Virus record (IMG/VR): IMGVR_UViG_3300020392_000010 | Coordinates: 21,192 to 85,191 of that record | From: a virus | Strand: one strand, 5' to 3' | DNA length: 64,000 nucleotides | Notes under the pieces: generated by a model | What the model was told of the DNA's origin: nothing | The model's input: the letters and a program-made list of their open reading frames with translations, nothing else | Databases searched by the model: none | In this document: piece by piece, positions 19,861-30,567 of the stretch | Position numbering within the stretch: position 1 is the first letter of the stretch | Layout: each line of letters begins with the position of its first letter | Made by a program: the position numbers and the translations under genes

Positions 19861-21900
19861 ATGGGAGAAGGTAGGTTTCCAGGTTTGAACATAGGCAAAG
19901 GCAATGGTCTAGAAAATTTAAATATAAAGAACATTTTAGGGGGAAAAGCAACTGATCCATTTAGAACAGGAGGTAACGGTGCAGCCGGCGATGCTTTACT
20001 TGAAATGCAAGAAGTAGATTTACAAAAAGATGAAACTGCACGTATTCCAAATACACAGGAGGAAACAGTAAAAGCGGCTCCCTCTAGGTTTAACCCATTT
20101 AACGTATTTAGATTTAGAAAATTTGGTTTAGCACAGGGTGCATATGATTTAAAAAAGCATTCAGATACTCACCTTTATGGAGCAAGTGAAGGTTTAACGG
20201 CTCCTAAAGACCAAAACGTATTTAGTCAAGCTTTTAATTACATTAGTAATGTTCCTATTTCAAAAGAAGATGATCTTAAAGACTTTAATGTTGGAGAATA
20301 CCAAAAAACACAGAGAAACCCAACCGCTGCTCAAATAATAGAAAATTTTAGAGACGATAGTAATTTTAAAGTATTAGGACCTACTCCATTTGCATACAAT
20401 GATTTTATATTTTGTACACACTATGGTAAAATACCAAATAATAGATTAATTGCGCTTAGAAGATATCCGGGACCGGTTGAAGATAGCCTAAGACAATTCA
20501 ATGCCGCAGCTGAAGAGGTTGTTAACGTTCCACTTGCACAGGCCCTTACCTATTATGGAACTGGAACAGGTAACGATATAAATAACGTATTACCAATTAG
20601 CTGGGACGTTCCATGGGAGAAGAAAACCGCAGAGGTTAATGAGATTGACGGAAATGAAATACTTGTAGACGATGTAATAGCAGCAGCAGGTATTGAAAAA
20701 GGAGATAAACAGGCTTTAATTAGAGCCGCGATAGCTTCTCAAAAGGGGAACCAAGGTGCTCTTGAAGTAGCTGGATATGATAAAGAATTACAAGACTATA
20801 TTAGAAAAGCATATGGTCCGGATGGCCCGTACTGGAACAGGGTACTAGGACCTGTGAATGTTGTAAATTCAACTAGAATGAGAAAAAGAGGAATGGGAAC
20901 AACTATGTTTGATGCTCCTATTAAGCTTAAATTCAGTTATACTTTAAGATCATTTAATTTTGTTAACCCAAGGGTTGCATTTTTAGATTTAATGACAAAT
21001 ATATTGAGTCTTACATATAACACTGCTCCTTTTTGGGGAGGAGGATATCGATACTTTAAGAATCCAGGGGTGACTATTTCAAGTGCAGGTAGTGCATTAA
21101 TAGAACAGGGTAAAATAGTAGAAGGTGTAATATTAACCCTTAATGAATGGATGAAAAGCGCATCTGGAGCAACTGCTCAATTATTAAATCAAGTATCTGA
21201 CGCTCTTGAAAAAACAACTGGTGGAAAGCCACCAACAAGAAAAGAAACCCCATTAAAATATAGAAAAGCAGATGGTAAAACTTTAACTCAAACGGGTATG
21301 GATTTAACAAACGCAGTAATGGCAGGTAGGGCTGAATCTCTTATGCAAGCCCCTCTTTCATATAGGTCTCTGCTAGAAGGCCGGCCTGTTGGAGAATGGC
21401 ATATGACAGTAGGTAACCCAATGGACCCAATGGCAGCTATGGGTAACCTAATATGCACAGCCTGTGATATGAAATTTAGTAACGAACTAGGGGCAGATGA
21501 TTTTCCTAAATCAGTTGACTTTACAGTTACCCTTACTCATGGAAGACCTAGAGCCAAGCAAGATATAGAGAGTATATTTAACCTAGGTGGAGGACCTTTA
21601 TCATTCAGCAAAGTTGTTGCTCCAAGTTCTACTAAAAATACATTCGGAGGAGAGCCTAGTAATCTAACCAATATGGAAGGAGCAGAGGGTAATGTTAAAG
21701 TAGGCGTAATTAGGGGAAGCGGAGGCGCTAACACAGGCGTTAGTGAATATAATTTACAAGAAAAAGAAGCAGAGTATAAAGCCGATCCTCTTAAAGGTGA
21801 TGACAGTAACCCATATGCCGGAAGAGTAGGTAATCACTATGGTTCTATTTTTGGAAATTCCTCTCTTTTAAAGGATTACATAAAAATGTCAGCTACATAA
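19861..21900 (+). CDS. Putative baseplate/tail-tube-junction structural protein
   Basis: First gene of a run ending in gp53- and gp5-like genes; Gly-rich; no definitive family motif. Confidence 0.45.
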   Translation: MGEGRFPGLNIGKGNGLENLNIKNILGGKATDPFRTGGNGAAGDALLEMQEVDLQKDETARIPNTQEETVKAAPSRFNPFNVFRFRKFGLAQGAYDLKKHSDTHLYGASEGLTAPKDQNVFSQAFNYISNVPISKEDDLKDFNVGEYQKTQRNPTAAQIIENFRDDSNFKVLGPTPFAYNDFIFCTHYGKIPNNRLIALRRYPGPVEDSLRQFNAAAEEVVNVPLAQALTYYGTGTGNDINNVLPISWDVPWEKKTAEVNEIDGNEILVDDVIAAAGIEKGDKQALIRAAIASQKGNQGALEVAGYDKELQDYIRKAYGPDGPYWNRVLGPVNVVNSTRMRKRGMGTTMFDAPIKLKFSYTLRSFNFVNPRVAFLDLMTNILSLTYNTAPFWGGGYRYFKNPGVTISSAGSALIEQGKIVEGVILTLNEWMKSASGATAQLLNQVSDALEKTTGGKPPTRKETPLKYRKADGKTLTQTGMDLTNAVMAGRAESLMQAPLSYRSLLEGRPVGEWHMTVGNPMDPMAAMGNLICTACDMKFSNELGADDFPKSVDFTVTLTHGRPRAKQDIESIFNLGGGPLSFSKVVAPSSTKNTFGGEPSNLTNMEGAEGNVKVGVIRGSGGANTGVSEYNLQEKEAEYKADPLKGDDSNPYAGRVGNHYGSIFGNSSLLKDYIKMSAT

Positions 21901-22499
21901 TGATTACTTTAAAAACATTATTAAATAAGTACAGTGTTACTAAAGAAAACGGAGATGTTTTACCAGACATAACCAGGGGTTCTATAAACATTGATCGTAA
22001 AGATGAATTAAGATCATCTAGTAGGGTTATAGTCGATGAAGACACTGTTATGAGACCTGATCTTATTGCTGTTGCTCTATACAACGACCAAAGCATGCTA
22101 GACTTATTGTTAAAGTACAATGCAGTTTCAAACCCATTTTCATTATATGTAGGTCAAATTCTATATGCGCCAAATGCAGATGACCTGGCTAAAATAGTAG
22201 AAACTCCTTCGGTAATAAAAGACATAGGGGACGTACAAGTAGACGAAACTGAATCAATATTTGTTGATCCAAAAACAGATAAAGATAAAAATAGACTTGA
22301 CCTTCTTAAAAAACAAAATAAAGGAGGCGAAGTGTTACCAAGTAACGTAAATAAAAAAGGAGATAAGAACATTAAAATTAAAAATGGAAAACTTGTATTT
22401 GGAGAAGACGTTACTTCTGTAAATAGAGAAGACTGTCCAGAACCAATATCTAGAGCCAATCTTAAAAAAGCATTAATAAAAAATAACCTTTTTGGATAA
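21900..22499 (+). CDS. Baseplate wedge protein, gp53/LysM-like
   Basis: MRPDLIAVALYND...LLKYNAVSNPFSLYVGQILYAP. Confidence 0.7.
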   Translation: MITLKTLLNKYSVTKENGDVLPDITRGSINIDRKDELRSSSRVIVDEDTVMRPDLIAVALYNDQSMLDLLLKYNAVSNPFSLYVGQILYAPNADDLAKIVETPSVIKDIGDVQVDETESIFVDPKTDKDKNRLDLLKKQNKGGEVLPSNVNKKGDKNIKIKNGKLVFGEDVTSVNREDCPEPISRANLKKALIKNNLFG

Positions 22500-23941
22500 T
22501 GGCGTTTAAGCATGTATTAAAAGCTTCACTTAGTCCAAATATTCCTCTAAAAGAAATGGCCGTGTGGAACAATACAGGAAAAGGAGGAGGCCCTCAAGAA
22601 AAACATTATCAAGCGGCTCCTAGTTCTAGTAATAACAAAGAAACCATGGGTAATAATTCCCCAATGATTCAAATAAATGATTTTGATTTTGATATAAAAG
22701 ACATAGAAACAGTTGTAATTGATGAAACTGGCTTTTTACCTAGGATAAAGGTAATATATGAAGATTCAAAAGGGTGGTTTTCACCAGTTCAGTTTCCTAA
22801 TAAAAATCCAATATTAAGCCTATATGTTAAATCTACTCATGAAAAGATGAAACCTATTAGAAATGATTACATTATAACTAGCATTAAAGGGGGAACCACT
22901 AAAATAATAATAGGTGAATTGTTTATACCTGAATTATATACTAACGTATCTAAAAGCTACCCCGGAATGACATCTAAAGATTGCCTTTATAAAGTATGTG
23001 AAGAACTTGGATTAGGATTTCAGGCAAATGAAACAACTCCAAGCGATTCTATGAATTGGATAAATCCAAACTGTAATTCTAAAGACTTTATAAATCATGT
23101 TGCTAAATACTCTTATCAGAATGACGATAGTTTTTTTCATGTATTTATAGACAAGTATTACCATTTAAATTATGTTGAAACTAATATACAACTTGAACAA
23201 GATGGTGAATTTGATAATACTATATTTACAGGATCTCAGGATTATAATATATCAAAGGATATACAAGTAGAAGCAACTAAGCAAATGGAAGCTCTTCCAC
23301 AGGGGTTAATAGAAAGCCCTAAGCCATTACAGGGCGCAAACATAATAAAAGAAAAGCACTTAATAACAGAGAATGGAGAGATACTAGTAAATGAAGGATT
23401 TAAAAAAAGAGTATATTATTATGATACATATCTTGAAGAAGAAGACCCTATGGATAAACTGGTTGATTTTTATGTAAAACCTATTAAAACTAAATTAGAA
23501 TCAAAAAGAAAAACAGATCTTTCACCAACAAATGAAAGTTTAAAAAACACAGAATCTAGATATTGGGTAAATATACAATATTCAAATGTTCATCAAAATT
23601 TCGTAGCGGCTGAAGCTATTAATTCACATAATCATTCAGAATTAAATAAGATTAAAATGGTGGCTACTACAAAAGGTATTAATTTTAATACAACTAGAGG
23701 AATGAGAGTCCCTGTTGGAATCTATGAAACTGATATTGATAACGCATACTATAAAACATGGGAAGAAAAATCAGATGATAATAAAGAAGATGTAGCATTT
23801 CAAGAAAAGTTTGCATTTAATGAGTTTCTTTCGGGTATATATTATTCTACCGGAAATAAACATATATATGAAAAAGGTGGCGTTTTTAAAACAGAATTAC
23901 TGCTATCTAAACGTGATTGGATTAAAAATCCAAAGAAATAA
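22499..23941 (+). CDS. Putative baseplate hub protein (gp27-like position)
   Basis: 480 aa between gp53-like and gp5-like genes; C-terminal LSGIYY...H...TELLLSKR typical of hub proteins. Confidence 0.5.
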   Translation: MAFKHVLKASLSPNIPLKEMAVWNNTGKGGGPQEKHYQAAPSSSNNKETMGNNSPMIQINDFDFDIKDIETVVIDETGFLPRIKVIYEDSKGWFSPVQFPNKNPILSLYVKSTHEKMKPIRNDYIITSIKGGTTKIIIGELFIPELYTNVSKSYPGMTSKDCLYKVCEELGLGFQANETTPSDSMNWINPNCNSKDFINHVAKYSYQNDDSFFHVFIDKYYHLNYVETNIQLEQDGEFDNTIFTGSQDYNISKDIQVEATKQMEALPQGLIESPKPLQGANIIKEKHLITENGEILVNEGFKKRVYYYDTYLEEEDPMDKLVDFYVKPIKTKLESKRKTDLSPTNESLKNTESRYWVNIQYSNVHQNFVAAEAINSHNHSELNKIKMVATTKGINFNTTRGMRVPVGIYETDIDNAYYKTWEEKSDDNKEDVAFQEKFAFNEFLSGIYYSTGNKHIYEKGGVFKTELLLSKRDWIKNPKK

Positions 23942-23951
23942 ATATTAATAT

Positions 23952-25076
23952 ATGCCAGTAAATTTTTTAAATACGGAAAGACACTTAAGTAACTTTAGAA
24001 AAGGAATAGTAAGAGATCAATTTGACGAACCTACTTATTTAACTTTCTCTCTAGATTTTACGTTCGATGATATGTATAGGGGTGATGACTTTTTAGCAAT
24101 AAGCCCTCTATTTAATGTCAAAGAAGGTAAAAGTCAAAGTGCTATAAATTATCTTATTCAAAGAGGTCATACCGACAAAGCAAATCAACTATCTGTTTTT
24201 AATAAGTTACTAAAATATTTAAGAGACGATACCCCTTGGTATTTTCAAAAAGTAAGAGGGTTAGATGCTATTTGGAAAAAAGCAACTAACATGGATGAGC
24301 CTATGAAAGGGGGTGAAATAACAGTAGAAACATTAGAAGCGGTTGATTTAAGAATGGCGGAACTCGCAGACCTTTATAGAAATTCAATATATGATAAACA
24401 ATACATGAGAGAACGAGTTCCAGATAATCTAAGATGGTTTTCAATGGACATATATGTTGCGGAATTTAGAAACTTAAGAAATACATTACCTTCTTTAATT
24501 AATTTAGGAACTGGCATTAACATAGGAGGACCGAATTTAGCAGGACTTGCTGGAGCAGGTAACGCTATAGGAAATGTTTTAGATAATTTTGGATATTTAA
24601 AATTTAAATGTAGACAGTGTGAATTTGATTTTAGCGATTCATTCCCAGGTAAAGGAACTATGGAAATATCAGGAGGAGATATGGAAACAAGCCAATTTAC
24701 AATAAAGATAGGGTGGATGGAAGAAGAAAATCATTATTCATCAGGTAGCGTAACATATGATGACGCAACCAGTGCCAGAATGAGAGGAAGTAATACATGG
24801 GATAGCGCCAGTCTAGGTAATAATTTAGATTCAGCAACTAGTTTCTTAACAGGGTTACCGATCGTTGGAAATAAAATAAGTACAGTTGGTGCAAAAGCTT
24901 CTGAAGGAATATCATCTGTTCTAAATACGCCTAATAAATTAATAAATCAAGGGGTTCAAGAATTAACACAGCTTGTTGATCAGGGCAATTTTGGATTAAG
25001 CAATAGTGTTGGTTATGATTATCAAGAAGGAAGAGTAGCGCCTAGAAATACTGCGGTTCCAAAAAAACCTCTTTAA
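23952..25076 (+). CDS. Putative tail-tube-related baseplate protein
   Basis: Context; PWYFQKVRGLD...ITVETLEAVDLRM resembles tube-fold proteins. Confidence 0.4.
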   Translation: MPVNFLNTERHLSNFRKGIVRDQFDEPTYLTFSLDFTFDDMYRGDDFLAISPLFNVKEGKSQSAINYLIQRGHTDKANQLSVFNKLLKYLRDDTPWYFQKVRGLDAIWKKATNMDEPMKGGEITVETLEAVDLRMAELADLYRNSIYDKQYMRERVPDNLRWFSMDIYVAEFRNLRNTLPSLINLGTGINIGGPNLAGLAGAGNAIGNVLDNFGYLKFKCRQCEFDFSDSFPGKGTMEISGGDMETSQFTIKIGWMEEENHYSSGSVTYDDATSARMRGSNTWDSASLGNNLDSATSFLTGLPIVGNKISTVGAKASEGISSVLNTPNKLINQGVQELTQLVDQGNFGLSNSVGYDYQEGRVAPRNTAVPKKPL

Positions 25077-25096
25077 AATAAATTGTAGAATAATAC

Positions 25097-25867
25097 ATGG
25101 AGAAAGAATTAATTAATAAACAATTCTTAGGAACAGTTGAAGATTCTAGAGACCCTGATTTAGAAGGAAAATGCAAGGTTAGAGTATTTGGTATACATGG
25201 AGAAAAAATACCTATAGAAGATTTACCTTGGGCTTATCCAAAACAAAAATCATTATATTTTGGTAAAGATGGAAAAGCAGGCGCCATATCTATACCCAAG
25301 GACGGAGCAGTTGTAGCCGTTAGATTTGATAATGGAAACATATATTCCCCTGAATATTATGCAGTACAGGAATTAGCAGATGACATAAAAGAAGAATTAC
25401 AAAAAGAAGGTGAATATCATGGATCTCATTTTTTATTATTTGATGGAGATGAAGAATTAAAAGTATGGTTTACTAAGGAAAAAGGAATAACCATGCAACT
25501 AAAAGGATCTAGAATAAATATAGGTCAGGATAAAAAGATTGAAATAGAGCACGATCAAACACAATCAATTATTACATTAAAAGGATCAGAAATAGAAGTA
25601 ATAGCAGATAGTAAAATAAGCCTATCTTCAAATACTAAGATAGAACTTAACTCAAACGATATACATGTAAATGGAAAAAACGTTGTGTTAGGACCAAATA
25701 AATCACTTGCACAACCTGCAGTTTTAGGTACTTCACTTGTAACTGCTCTTTCTACAATGGCCGCTGTTATAGACACTAAATGGCCTCCAACCCCAGGGGC
25801 AACCACTGCTTCTATAACTCAAATACAACAAACTTTTTTATCTAAAACAACTAAGGTGACTCCTTAA
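25097..25867 (+). CDS. Baseplate central spike (gp5/gpV-like OB fold + beta-helix, no lysozyme)
   Basis: FLGTVEDSRDPDLEGKCKVRVFGIH...DLPWAYP...IPKDGAVVAVRF. Confidence 0.8.
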   Translation: MEKELINKQFLGTVEDSRDPDLEGKCKVRVFGIHGEKIPIEDLPWAYPKQKSLYFGKDGKAGAISIPKDGAVVAVRFDNGNIYSPEYYAVQELADDIKEELQKEGEYHGSHFLLFDGDEELKVWFTKEKGITMQLKGSRINIGQDKKIEIEHDQTQSIITLKGSEIEVIADSKISLSSNTKIELNSNDIHVNGKNVVLGPNKSLAQPAVLGTSLVTALSTMAAVIDTKWPPTPGATTASITQIQQTFLSKTTKVTP

Positions 25868-26472
25868 CGATAAAGATTACTAATATGTTCATATGGAAAA
25901 TACTTATTTATTCTAGAATTAGGAGTAACAGAGACTACGTTAAATCCTCGCGTCTGTAAAACTCTAAAATTATTTAGTATTCTAGAAAATCTAGAATCGT
26001 ACCACTTTTTATCAGCGTCATTACCTATGCCTTCTATCCTATTTTTTTTCCAAAAGTGACTAGGTGTTTTCCACGCTAAACTAACACCTGAAATATAAAA
26101 AGTAGTATCCTTTTTACTAAATGTATTTCTTTCTAAAATATCGATAGCCGTTGTTACGCAATCAGGGAATTTTTTTTTATTTGGTCTAGGGTATAGCTCA
26201 ATATAGTCAGGCATAGCTATTCTATTCCTAACACATTGTTTTTCAAGCCAATCGCTTGATACTATTTTAGTGTGTTTTTTAAGTTGCTCTAATTCCCTTG
26301 GGCAATTATCTAATTCTTGAAATATTTTAGGATCATTAAAAAACAAATAATTAGGTATAAGCTTCATCCAGGCCCTATTGGTTCCTACTGTTATTACATT
26401 TTGTGAAATTCTGGTAAAGTCTATTCTATCAATAGAAGGACCATTGCCAATAAGTAATACTTTATTTTTCAT
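25864..26472 (-). CDS. Sialyltransferase-like protein (Maf/DUF115/GT42-type motif)
   Basis: VLLIGNGPSI...TVGTNR...PNYLFFND...YISGVS. Confidence 0.55.
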   Translation of the reverse strand: MKNKVLLIGNGPSIDRIDFTRISQNVITVGTNRAWMKLIPNYLFFNDPKIFQELDNCPRELEQLKKHTKIVSSDWLEKQCVRNRIAMPDYIELYPRPNKKKFPDCVTTAIDILERNTFSKKDTTFYISGVSLAWKTPSHFWKKNRIEGIGNDADKKWYDSRFSRILNNFRVLQTRGFNVVSVTPNSRINKYFPYEHISNLYR

Positions 26473-26764
26473 TTAACCAGTCGTAAGAATTCATATTTTT
26501 ATCATCTATGAATAGATCATAGGCGGGTTTTCCCATTTTTAATTCATGGAATTTTAAACCCCATTTATTTAATTGATACATGGTAATGTTTCTATGGTCA
26601 ATACCACTAACAGTGCCCCTTGCTGTCCACATTATTATAGTATTGCCCTTATCATATAACGTATTAACTTTATCTATAGCTTCAGGTATAGGGTACGCTG
26701 TATCATATCTCATAGGCTCAGCTAGCCTGCATATAGTATCGTCTATGTCTATGTAAATTACCAT
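26462..26764 (-). CDS. Capless HAD-family phosphatase (capsule-biosynthesis type)
   Basis: IYIDIDDTI motif I, WTARG motif II, KP..DLFIDDK motifs III/IV. Confidence 0.85.
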   Translation of the reverse strand: MVIYIDIDDTICRLAEPMRYDTAYPIPEAIDKVNTLYDKGNTIIMWTARGTVSGIDHRNITMYQLNKWGLKFHELKMGKPAYDLFIDDKNMNSYDWLNEK

Positions 26765-26800
26765 CTTTTTGTTTTATCTATCTTGTATATAAATACTAAA

Positions 26801-27610
26801 TTAAAAATCATAATTATTTTTTTCAAAACATTTTACATAAAATGGAAAGCTAATATACATTACATGTTTAATTTCATTTTCAGTAGCTATCCTAGATATG
26901 TATTCAAAATCTTCAAACTTATTTTGTGAATTAGTATCGCACCATTCCCATTTAGGGTATCCTCTTTTATGTATAATATTTGCGGTTGAAGCAGATACGA
27001 CATCTTTACTTGAACCCTTTATTACGTCTTTTAAAGAAATCCACATATCAGGTAATCCGTTTATTTTAAATGGCTCTCCTCTCTTTTGTTTTATTATTGA
27101 TCCTTCAGGTTTTTCTCCGTTAGAAATATTATCATATTTTTTATAATTATATACTAAGCTGTTATTTATAATATAGCGTATATCTAATGAACTTTCTTTT
27201 TTAGGAAAATCTGATATTTTTTTTATCATATTACATAACTTGAAAATAGAATTTTTTAAAATATAATCATCTGAATCTAGATACATTATCCAATCTCCCT
27301 TTGCATTTTCTACCCCTTTTTGCTTTGGTAATCCTCGTTTATAATTGCCATTTGAATTCATAAGTGTTTCATCAGATTTAGGTATTTTAATTAATCTAAT
27401 ATCTTTGTAGTGTTTAAAATACGTATTGTATATTTGTTCAGTTATGGTGCATCCATCGGAGACTATTATGAGTTCCCAATTTTCTATGGTTTGCAATATT
27501 ACAGAGTACACTGCTCTTATGAATTTTGATTTTGGGTTTTTTCTAGATTCAGGGTAATCCCCTAAATAAGATTGCATTATAATACTTACGTTAATTTCAT
27601 TTTTTATCAT
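26801..27610 (-). CDS. GT2-family glycosyltransferase
   Basis: VSIIM...SVILQTIENWELIIVSDG...AKGDWIMYLDSDD...ED. Confidence 0.88.
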   Translation of the reverse strand: MIKNEINVSIIMQSYLGDYPESRKNPKSKFIRAVYSVILQTIENWELIIVSDGCTITEQIYNTYFKHYKDIRLIKIPKSDETLMNSNGNYKRGLPKQKGVENAKGDWIMYLDSDDYILKNSIFKLCNMIKKISDFPKKESSLDIRYIINNSLVYNYKKYDNISNGEKPEGSIIKQKRGEPFKINGLPDMWISLKDVIKGSSKDVVSASTANIIHKRGYPKWEWCDTNSQNKFEDFEYISRIATENEIKHVMYISFPFYVKCFEKNNYDF

Positions 27611-28301
27611 AAGGGGTATACTTAAAATTTTTGCAAATCATTTCTGATACATGGTCTGTGCTTTTTAAACTAGCGTGTTCTTTTTTTATACTGTTGTTTA
27701 TAATTACATTTAAAGTTTTTCCACGTAAATGAGATACTGTAAAATTATCAGTTATATCTCTTACTAATTTATTATCAAAGTATATTTTAATTTCGTTTTC
27801 TTTCCATTCTAAACTATATTTGTGAAAATCTTTGCTAGGGCATTTCCAACCTAGCCAGTGGTTTTCAGCACCTATACTATAATTATGTGGCTCTTTTCCT
27901 AGATGCACATTTGTTTGTACTTTAAAAAAATTTCCCCATAATGCGTCTATATTCCAATTAAAATAGCTTGATTTTTTATTTGAATACCCTTCAAATACGT
28001 CTATTTCAGGTGGCCAACTTTCCCATGCCCACATCCAAAAAGCCGGCCATAAATAAGGTCCTTTTGGTAATTTAATATCTATGTCAAATCTACCATATCC
28101 AAATTTTTCAGTACAGTGAATTAGCCCTACCCCATATGGTGAAGTAACACCGTCTATTTCCTTTGGGTTGTAATGAGTTTTTAATATTAGATCCTCTCCT
28201 TGTATTTCAACAGCCGATTTATCATACCAACATTCTGGTTTTCCAGGGTGCATAAGACCCCATCTCTCTCCAACTTTCCATGTGTATCCTTGCCATTTCA
28301 T
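27597..28301 (-). CDS. GH16 glycoside hydrolase
   Basis: FGYGRF...LWPAFWMW...WPPEIDVFEG (ExDxxE), FHKYSLEW. Confidence 0.9.
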   Translation of the reverse strand: MKWQGYTWKVGERWGLMHPGKPECWYDKSAVEIQGEDLILKTHYNPKEIDGVTSPYGVGLIHCTEKFGYGRFDIDIKLPKGPYLWPAFWMWAWESWPPEIDVFEGYSNKKSSYFNWNIDALWGNFFKVQTNVHLGKEPHNYSIGAENHWLGWKCPSKDFHKYSLEWKENEIKIYFDNKLVRDITDNFTVSHLRGKTLNVIINNSIKKEHASLKSTDHVSEMICKNFKYTPYDKK

Positions 28302-28381
28302 AAAATTAATATTTATTATTATATATTAATGCCTATTTTATCAACTGTGTGTTAAATGTAAATATCAACATGCAGCTGCCT

Positions 28382-28389
28382 TATAAATA
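28382..28389 (+). promoter_or_regulatory. Late-promoter-like TATAAATA heading the methyltransferase operon
   Basis: Exact T4 late consensus ending 5 nt before the 28395 ATG. Confidence 0.5.
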
Positions 28390-28394
28390 AATAT

Positions 28395-28967
28395 ATGAAA
28401 AACAAAGAACTACTTAAGGATTTAAAAGAATATGATAGATTTGGAAAAGATAAAGAAATATCTAAGGAAATATCTAAGGAAATAGGCGTTAGCGAATCAG
28501 TATTTACATATGGTTCTACTCCATATGAAACAGCTTTAGCATTAATAAAATCAGTTAATAAAAAACCTAGTAGATTTGTAGTTGTTGGAACAAGTATAGG
28601 TTGGATGAATTTTTACTGGAATGAAATATATCCAAATATACCCTCTCTAGGTATAGACATACACTATGGTAGAATTGAATTTGGAAATTCTTTAATTAAA
28701 AAACATAAACTATCTAATATAGAATTAAAAGTAGATGATTTATATAAATTTTCATTTAAAGATACTGATTTAATATGGTTAAGCAACTGCTGTTTTGATA
28801 CAAATGAAAATGCGAAAATAGTAAATGATATAATTGCAAAAAACCCTAATGTTTCTATAATTTCATATAAACCGTTTGATTCTAGCGTAAGGAGTAAAGT
28901 TACTAGACACAGTTTAGCCGTTAGCTGGATGCCACTTCAACCCTTTTGGGTGTATGATACGAAATAA
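28395..28967 (+). CDS. DOT1-like class I SAM-dependent methyltransferase
   Basis: TYGST, FVVVGTSIG, GIDI, LIWLSNCCF, IISYKPF, AVSW run colinearly with DOT1 motifs YGET, FVDLGSGVG, GVE, VIFVNNFAF, IVSSKPF, SVSW. Confidence 0.7.
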   Translation: MKNKELLKDLKEYDRFGKDKEISKEISKEIGVSESVFTYGSTPYETALALIKSVNKKPSRFVVVGTSIGWMNFYWNEIYPNIPSLGIDIHYGRIEFGNSLIKKHKLSNIELKVDDLYKFSFKDTDLIWLSNCCFDTNENAKIVNDIIAKNPNVSIISYKPFDSSVRSKVTRHSLAVSWMPLQPFWVYDTK

Positions 28968-28976
28968 ATTTATAAA

Positions 28977-29945
28977 ATGAAAAAATTTGATATAGCATAT
29001 GTTTCTTCAAATATTTCATTTCTATTAGACTGTTATATTAATTCTTACAAAGGTTTAAATCTTTGTATAATAGATATGAAAGATGATTTAGGTGGGGCAT
29101 GGCAAATATCAGATGCTAGAGTACATTTACAATGGGTAAGTAATGAACATAAAAAATATATTTCTGTCATTAATGAGGACTTAAAAAAAGTTGATAGTAA
29201 ATTTCAAATAAAAGGGCCGCTTAAAAATGTTAAAACAATAGAGGATAAAAAATATACAGATTATTCACTTTATCACATTAATTTGGGTTCTAATTTGTTT
29301 ATAGAAGAGCTTGTTGAAAAAATTAAACGTAAAAACAATGTTGAAATAATTAAAGATAATATTAAAGAAGTTACGTTAGAGAATAATGTTTTTAATATTT
29401 TTGGTAAAGAAACTTACTTATCTAACAAATTATATTTGACTAATAATTTAAAATTAGATAAAATAGCTTTAAATAAAAAGGAATATAAATTGTATTCACA
29501 GGATAAAAAATATAATCACCTTTTTATTGAGGTTAAATCTAAAGATATTAAACCGTTAGACATTTTAATATGTGAAGGAAATGGCTTTAAATGGGATGGT
29601 AGAGAAATGTTTAATGCTGAAAAACAAAAAATTCATAGAAATTTGAATAATTCTTTGTTCTTTATGATAAACGTAAGTGAGTTATATAAAGATTTAAAAA
29701 ATACTCAACTTTTTTCATGTCGAATAAAAAATAAAAACTTTATAGAAGATTTTAAAAATTATTTACTTTATAACAATATAACAGAAAAAGATGTGGAAAT
29801 AAAAATATTAGAAGATGATGAGTATACCCAACATAGGCTCATAAATGCATACGCAATACCAAAAACCAAAAATTTAGAAATATTTACACAGATGAATTAT
29901 TTTAAATATTTAGTAAAATTAAATCAATTGAGAAATGAATATTAA
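28977..29945 (+). CDS. Degenerate FAD/NAD-binding oxidoreductase-like protein
   Basis: FDIAYVSSNIS...LCIIDMKDDLGGAW follows the D.xIIGxGxxG...IIE....LGG.W layout but lacks the glycines. Confidence 0.45.
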   Translation: MKKFDIAYVSSNISFLLDCYINSYKGLNLCIIDMKDDLGGAWQISDARVHLQWVSNEHKKYISVINEDLKKVDSKFQIKGPLKNVKTIEDKKYTDYSLYHINLGSNLFIEELVEKIKRKNNVEIIKDNIKEVTLENNVFNIFGKETYLSNKLYLTNNLKLDKIALNKKEYKLYSQDKKYNHLFIEVKSKDIKPLDILICEGNGFKWDGREMFNAEKQKIHRNLNNSLFFMINVSELYKDLKNTQLFSCRIKNKNFIEDFKNYLLYNNITEKDVEIKILEDDEYTQHRLINAYAIPKTKNLEIFTQMNYFKYLVKLNQLRNEY

Positions 29946-30567
29946 AAAAGGATACAGTATACCTAAATGTTTAGAACTAAGACAATCGCCATTGCACGGA
30001 CTCGGCTGCTTTGCAATAGAATTTATTCCAGCTGGTAGTAATTTAGGTATTTGTCACTATTATGACTATAGTGAAAGACCAGTTAAACATTTAAGAAACC
30101 CCATGGTTGGTTTTTTTAATTACTCAGTCAATAAAAACGCATGGCTACCTATAGTGAAAAAAGAATTTATAAATGGAAACGGTTGGGTTACTGAACTGGT
30201 AACAACCAAAGATATAGAAAAAGGTGAAGAAATTTTATTAAGGTATAGTTGGTATGACCCTACAAAACCTGATACTAAAAAAAATAAACACTACATTCCC
30301 TTACCGGATTGTGTTTCTATTGAAAAAAGAAATGGGGTGTATACCCTCTATGCAACTAAGGATATTATGAAAGATTTTGATTTTGGGTATTCTCATAGTT
30401 ATTATGATAAATCAGATTTATATGAGCCTAATCCAATAGGAGGATATTTGCTGGAATCTACTATACCTAATTGTGATATGTTTAAAAAAGATAAAGAGCT
30501 ATATTTAAAATCAAAAAGAAATATAAAAAAAGGAGAATCAATAAGCGTAAATTATGAAGTATTATAA
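29935..30567 (+). CDS. Tandem SET-domain protein (lysine methyltransferase-like)
   Basis: Domain 1: SPLHGLGCFA..IPAG..GFFNYS..N..KDIEKGEEILLRY; domain 2: LYATKDI..GGYLLES..PNC..RNIKKGESISVNY. Confidence 0.8.
   Translation: MNIKKGYSIPKCLELRQSPLHGLGCFAIEFIPAGSNLGICHYYDYSERPVKHLRNPMVGFFNYSVNKNAWLPIVKKEFINGNGWVTELVTTKDIEKGEEILLRYSWYDPTKPDTKKNKHYIPLPDCVSIEKRNGVYTLYATKDIMKDFDFGYSHSYYDKSDLYEPNPIGGYLLESTIPNCDMFKKDKELYLKSKRNIKKGESISVNYEVL

Noticed and set aside
28452-28486. Short tandem repeat (KEISKEISKEI)
   Set aside because: A 12-nt in-frame duplication in a non-conserved N-terminus; likely slippage
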